Assembly: GCA_019058315.1 (NCBI GenBank)
Contig: JAHPZH010000004.1
Span: 1-64,000, forward strand
Origin: Candidatus Helarchaeota archaeon
GTDB taxonomy: Archaea > Asgardarchaeota > Lokiarchaeia > Helarchaeales > RDOG01
Length of the DNA stretch: 64,000 nt
Direction: 5' to 3'
Shown one piece after another: positions 60,572 through 64,000 of this stretch. Each line of letters opens with the position of its first letter. Position 1 is the first letter of the stretch. The translations under genes and the position numbers were made by a program. The notes under the pieces are model-generated. The model had not been told where the DNA came from. It did not search any database and was given only the letters and a program-made list of their open reading frames with translations.

Positions 60572-62035
60572 ATGCCGATGCCCTTTTTAGGAAAAAATCA
60601 TCTATATTGGTGCAATAACTGTAATATTCCCATATTAGAAAAAAATAACTGCAGTATTTGCAATTTTTCCACTGAAAAAGTTCCTATAACCGCTCCATAT
60701 GATGTTAGACCTGCATTTGATAAAGATTTGGAATTAATTAGAAGAACAATCGATAATCAATTTGGAAAAGGTTTGGGTCTAAAAGTTATTGAAGATCATA
60801 AAATAATCTTGTTGAATAAAGCACCTTACTTTGATCGTATGGATGAGATTATTTTAGATGGAAAAATTCTAGGAACTATTAGATATAATATTGAAAGGGC
60901 TCAACCAATATGGGAATTTATCCCCAGAATTGAGGGTGCAAAACGACTAGCAAAATTTGGATGTAAAAAATGGGTTAAAGTTGATGAGGACGCTGTAAAA
61001 TTCATTCGTCAAGCTGCTAATGTGTTAGCTCCCGGTGTTATTGATAATGATAATTCTATAGAATATGATGAATATGTTATTGTAATTAATCCAAATTCAG
61101 AAGCGATTGGAATAGGTGTTAGTAGAGCTACGGGGAAAGAAATCCCAAAAAAGAAAAAAGGGATGGTTGTTAAAACAAAACGAGGAATTCAAGATGCAAC
61201 ATTAAACATCTTACCTTCAGGACAAACTTGGGATTTAGTGCTTGAAGCAAATAGTAAAATGTTAGAAAATAAAGAAAAACACGCTTTGAATTTAATTAAA
61301 AACGTTATTAAAAGGTATGATCTGCCAAAATTGGTCTCTTTTTCCGGTGGAAAGGATTCAATTTGTACTTTAATGTTGGTGCTTGAGAGTGGTATTGATT
61401 TTAAAGTTTTTTATTTAGATACTGGGATAGAGTTTGAAGAAACACTAAATTATGTTAATGAAATTATCCGAGATTTTAAACTAAACGATTCATTTATTTT
61501 GTGTAAAACTGATGAAGACTTCTTTAAAAATATTGAAACACAAGGAGTTCCTGGTAAAGATTATCGATGGTGTAATAGATTATTAAAATTAAATGTTATT
61601 ATCCAGATGATAGAACAAAATTTTCCAGAAGGTATTATCACATTTGTTGGGTCTCGGAAGTATGAAAGTTTTTCAAGATATCAAGATTCTCTTAAAGGGC
61701 ACATTGTTAAGAGTAAATTAATTAATAAACAGATTAACGTTAATCTAATAATAAACTGGACTGCCTTACATGTGTGGTTATATATTTTTTCAAAAAAAGT
61801 TAAATACAACCCTCTTTACAAATTGGGTTACGAAAGAATCGGCTGTATGTATTGTCCTGCAAACAAACTTGCAGATTTGGAAATTTTAAAAGAAATTCAC
61901 CCCGAATTATATGAGAAATGGCATAAAATTCTTGAAAATCAAGCCAAAAAGTTCAATTATCCACAAGAATGGATTACAAAGGGGTTTTGGAGATATAATA
62001 ATAAAGAAAAATGGAGATTAAACACTGATTATTGA
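60572..62035 (+). CDS. PAPS-reductase family protein with PUA domain (archaeal type)
   Basis: N-terminal WC..C..C..C, PUA (APGV), SFSGGKDS, RWC, GYERIGC..CP. Confidence 0.85.
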   Translation: MPMPFLGKNHLYWCNNCNIPILEKNNCSICNFSTEKVPITAPYDVRPAFDKDLELIRRTIDNQFGKGLGLKVIEDHKIILLNKAPYFDRMDEIILDGKILGTIRYNIERAQPIWEFIPRIEGAKRLAKFGCKKWVKVDEDAVKFIRQAANVLAPGVIDNDNSIEYDEYVIVINPNSEAIGIGVSRATGKEIPKKKKGMVVKTKRGIQDATLNILPSGQTWDLVLEANSKMLENKEKHALNLIKNVIKRYDLPKLVSFSGGKDSICTLMLVLESGIDFKVFYLDTGIEFEETLNYVNEIIRDFKLNDSFILCKTDEDFFKNIETQGVPGKDYRWCNRLLKLNVIIQMIEQNFPEGIITFVGSRKYESFSRYQDSLKGHIVKSKLINKQINVNLIINWTALHVWLYIFSKKVKYNPLYKLGYERIGCMYCPANKLADLEILKEIHPELYEKWHKILENQAKKFNYPQEWITKGFWRYNNKEKWRLNTDY

Positions 62036-62319
62036 ATATTTTATTAAAAAATTATTCTCTAACATATTTTTTTTATGTCTCTAATTTAAGTTGATCCAAT
62101 TATTTTGTACAATAGGGAATGAGTTCAGTAAGTAAAAACAGAAAATTATACAAAAAAAAGTTAGACAAATCTAGAGCAAGATTTGGTAGAAGAATTTACA
62201 GGTTAAAAATGACTTTCAAAAAAAATAAGTCTAAAACTTAATTTTTTTTAGCCAGATTATATGTTCATTTCCATATTAACATATTATTCTTAAAAAAAAA
62301 GATTTTAGAATTAATGGAT

Positions 62320-63912
62320 TTATTTTTTTTTCTTATCCATAGAAGTTTTTGAAGTCTTTATAACCGTTGATTTACTCAATTTTTTAGAAATCAAGATTGT
62401 AATTAATATATTTAATGCAAAAATGGCACCAATAACTCCCAGACCAATGGGTGTTAATAAAAGGCGTAAAATGTCTCCTTCTCCTTGTGTAATTGGAATT
62501 AGAAATGGTTCCGTTGGTGCTTCTGGCTGAGTAATAGGTTTGTACGTATATAATCCCGCTAATCCCGTGTTATTCATGCCATGGTGAAACATCGGCCAGG
62601 GAAAAAGCGTACTATTGAGGTAACCTGCAAATTTAAATGCATGAATATTACCATCAAGCGATCCGATAACAACCTCAACCAATCCATCGTTGTCAATGTC
62701 ACCGAGCGCGGGAGAAGAAAGCTCTACCTGGCTTCCTATGTTTATGGGCCACCCCGGCACGTTCGTCCCATCATTATTGAGAGCATAAATAAAATTATCC
62801 CAAGAACCGACCACAACTTCCACCTGTCCATCTCCATCAATGTCGCCAAGCGCGGGAGAAGAATCCACCCAACTTCCTGTGGTTACAGACCACCCTTTTA
62901 CATTCGTTCCGTTACTATTAAACGCCGAAATGTTAAAATTATCTGATCCAACTACGACATCTAGCTCCCCATCCCCATTAATATCGCCGAGTGCTGGAGA
63001 AGAATATACAGAAGCTCCAGTGGATACAGGCCACCCTGGAACGTTCGATCCGTTGGCGTTTAACGCCCAAATTTGATTATTACTTGATCCAACTACAACT
63101 TCCAATTCTCCATCTGCATCAATATTACCAAGTGCGGGAGAAGAAACTACATTACCTCCAGTAGATACAGGCCACCCCGTCACGTTCGTCCCGTTACTAT
63201 TAAACGCCCAAATGTTAAAATCATCTGAACCAACCACGATTTCCAGCTCTCCATCCTCATCAATATCGCCAAGTGCGGGGGAAGACCGCACACTATCTCC
63301 TGTGGTTACTGGCCACCCTGTCACGTTTGTCCCATCATGGTTTAAAGCCCAGATTTTATTATCTTCTGATCCGACAACAATTTCAAGCCGTCCATCTCCA
63401 TCAATATCACCAAGTGTGGGGGAAGACCGAACTACTCCATTTGTACTCACTGGCCATCCCGACACGAGTGTCCCGTCGTGGTTCAAAGCCCAAATCTTAT
63501 TATCATATGATCCGACAACAACTTCCAGCCGTCCATCCCCATCAATGTCTCCGAGCGCAGGAGAAGAGAGGACATCATCTCCTGTCGTTACGGGCCACCC
63601 GTTCACGTTCGTACCATCATGGTTCAACGCCCAAATCTTATTATCATATGATCCGATCACGATCTCTAACTCCGCGTCCCCATCAATGTCCCCGAGTACA
63701 GGAGAAGAAAATACAAAATTACCTGTGGTTACGGGAAACCCGGGCATATTTATTGTATTTGTAAGAATTGGGTATTCAGGGATTGCTATTTTTATGCTAA
63801 AGGTGTTTGATTGTGGTAATTGAATCAAAGGAGACGAATTATCCCTATATAATCCTACTGAAATGATGAAAGTTGTTAAAATTAATAAATGAGTGATTCT
63901 ATTTGTTTTCAT
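62320..63912 (-). CDS. Secreted, C-terminally anchored FG-GAP/VCBS beta-propeller protein
   Basis: Signal peptide; eight 47-aa SSPALGDIDGDG..E.VVGS repeats; C-terminal TM plus basic tail. Confidence 0.85.
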   Translation of the reverse strand: MKTNRITHLLILTTFIISVGLYRDNSSPLIQLPQSNTFSIKIAIPEYPILTNTINMPGFPVTTGNFVFSSPVLGDIDGDAELEIVIGSYDNKIWALNHDGTNVNGWPVTTGDDVLSSPALGDIDGDGRLEVVVGSYDNKIWALNHDGTLVSGWPVSTNGVVRSSPTLGDIDGDGRLEIVVGSEDNKIWALNHDGTNVTGWPVTTGDSVRSSPALGDIDEDGELEIVVGSDDFNIWAFNSNGTNVTGWPVSTGGNVVSSPALGNIDADGELEVVVGSSNNQIWALNANGSNVPGWPVSTGASVYSSPALGDINGDGELDVVVGSDNFNISAFNSNGTNVKGWSVTTGSWVDSSPALGDIDGDGQVEVVVGSWDNFIYALNNDGTNVPGWPINIGSQVELSSPALGDIDNDGLVEVVIGSLDGNIHAFKFAGYLNSTLFPWPMFHHGMNNTGLAGLYTYKPITQPEAPTEPFLIPITQGEGDILRLLLTPIGLGVIGAIFALNILITILISKKLSKSTVIKTSKTSMDKKKK

Positions 63913-64000
63913 GAGTTTATTCTATCATCATTTTATAAATAAATTTTGTAGTCTTTGAGTTCTAATATCATTTGAATCTTTAAAAAAATCATTTTATAAT

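Noticed and set aside
62581-63823. Several plus-strand ORFs
   Set aside because: Antisense shadows of the FG-GAP repeats

Overview
AT-rich archaeal DNA with strong Asgard hallmarks (five Rab-like small GTPases with N-terminal fusions, a PCI-domain membrane protein, an LRR protein, 20S proteasome genes, GGTGA/GGAGG ribosome-binding sites); Lokiarchaeia/Helarchaeales-like is an inference, not verified. Three zones. (1) ~1-20.5 kb is a defence island: nitrilase-fold protein, type IIG R-M enzyme, two convergent TIR genes, an Avs-like nuclease-STAND NTPase, LRR-TIGR02391, a 1254-aa PD-(D/E)xK protein and HEPN genes. The two TIR genes share a perfect 161-bp inverted repeat, and one carries tandem LeuA-type allosteric domains. 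(2) ~20.5-28.1 kb looks like a mobile-element remnant: small ORFs, a 21-bp iteron-like array, an adjacent putative structured RNA, MazG-like, ArsR and RHH genes; no integrase is present in the window. (3) ~28.3-64 kb is core-like: a propeptide-less proteasome beta-alpha pair, four longin/uDENN-Rab fusions (three with an FLCN/SMCR8-like D-x3-R-G arginine-finger motif), acyl-CoA and carotenoid-like enzymes, a GcvH-Rab fusion, hydrolases, a Btu-like ABC transporter, a PUA-PAPS reductase and an FG-GAP surface protein. Best candidates for undescribed systems: the invertible TIR-sensor locus and the longin(GAP)-Rab array. All domain calls come from motif recognition by eye; no searches were run.
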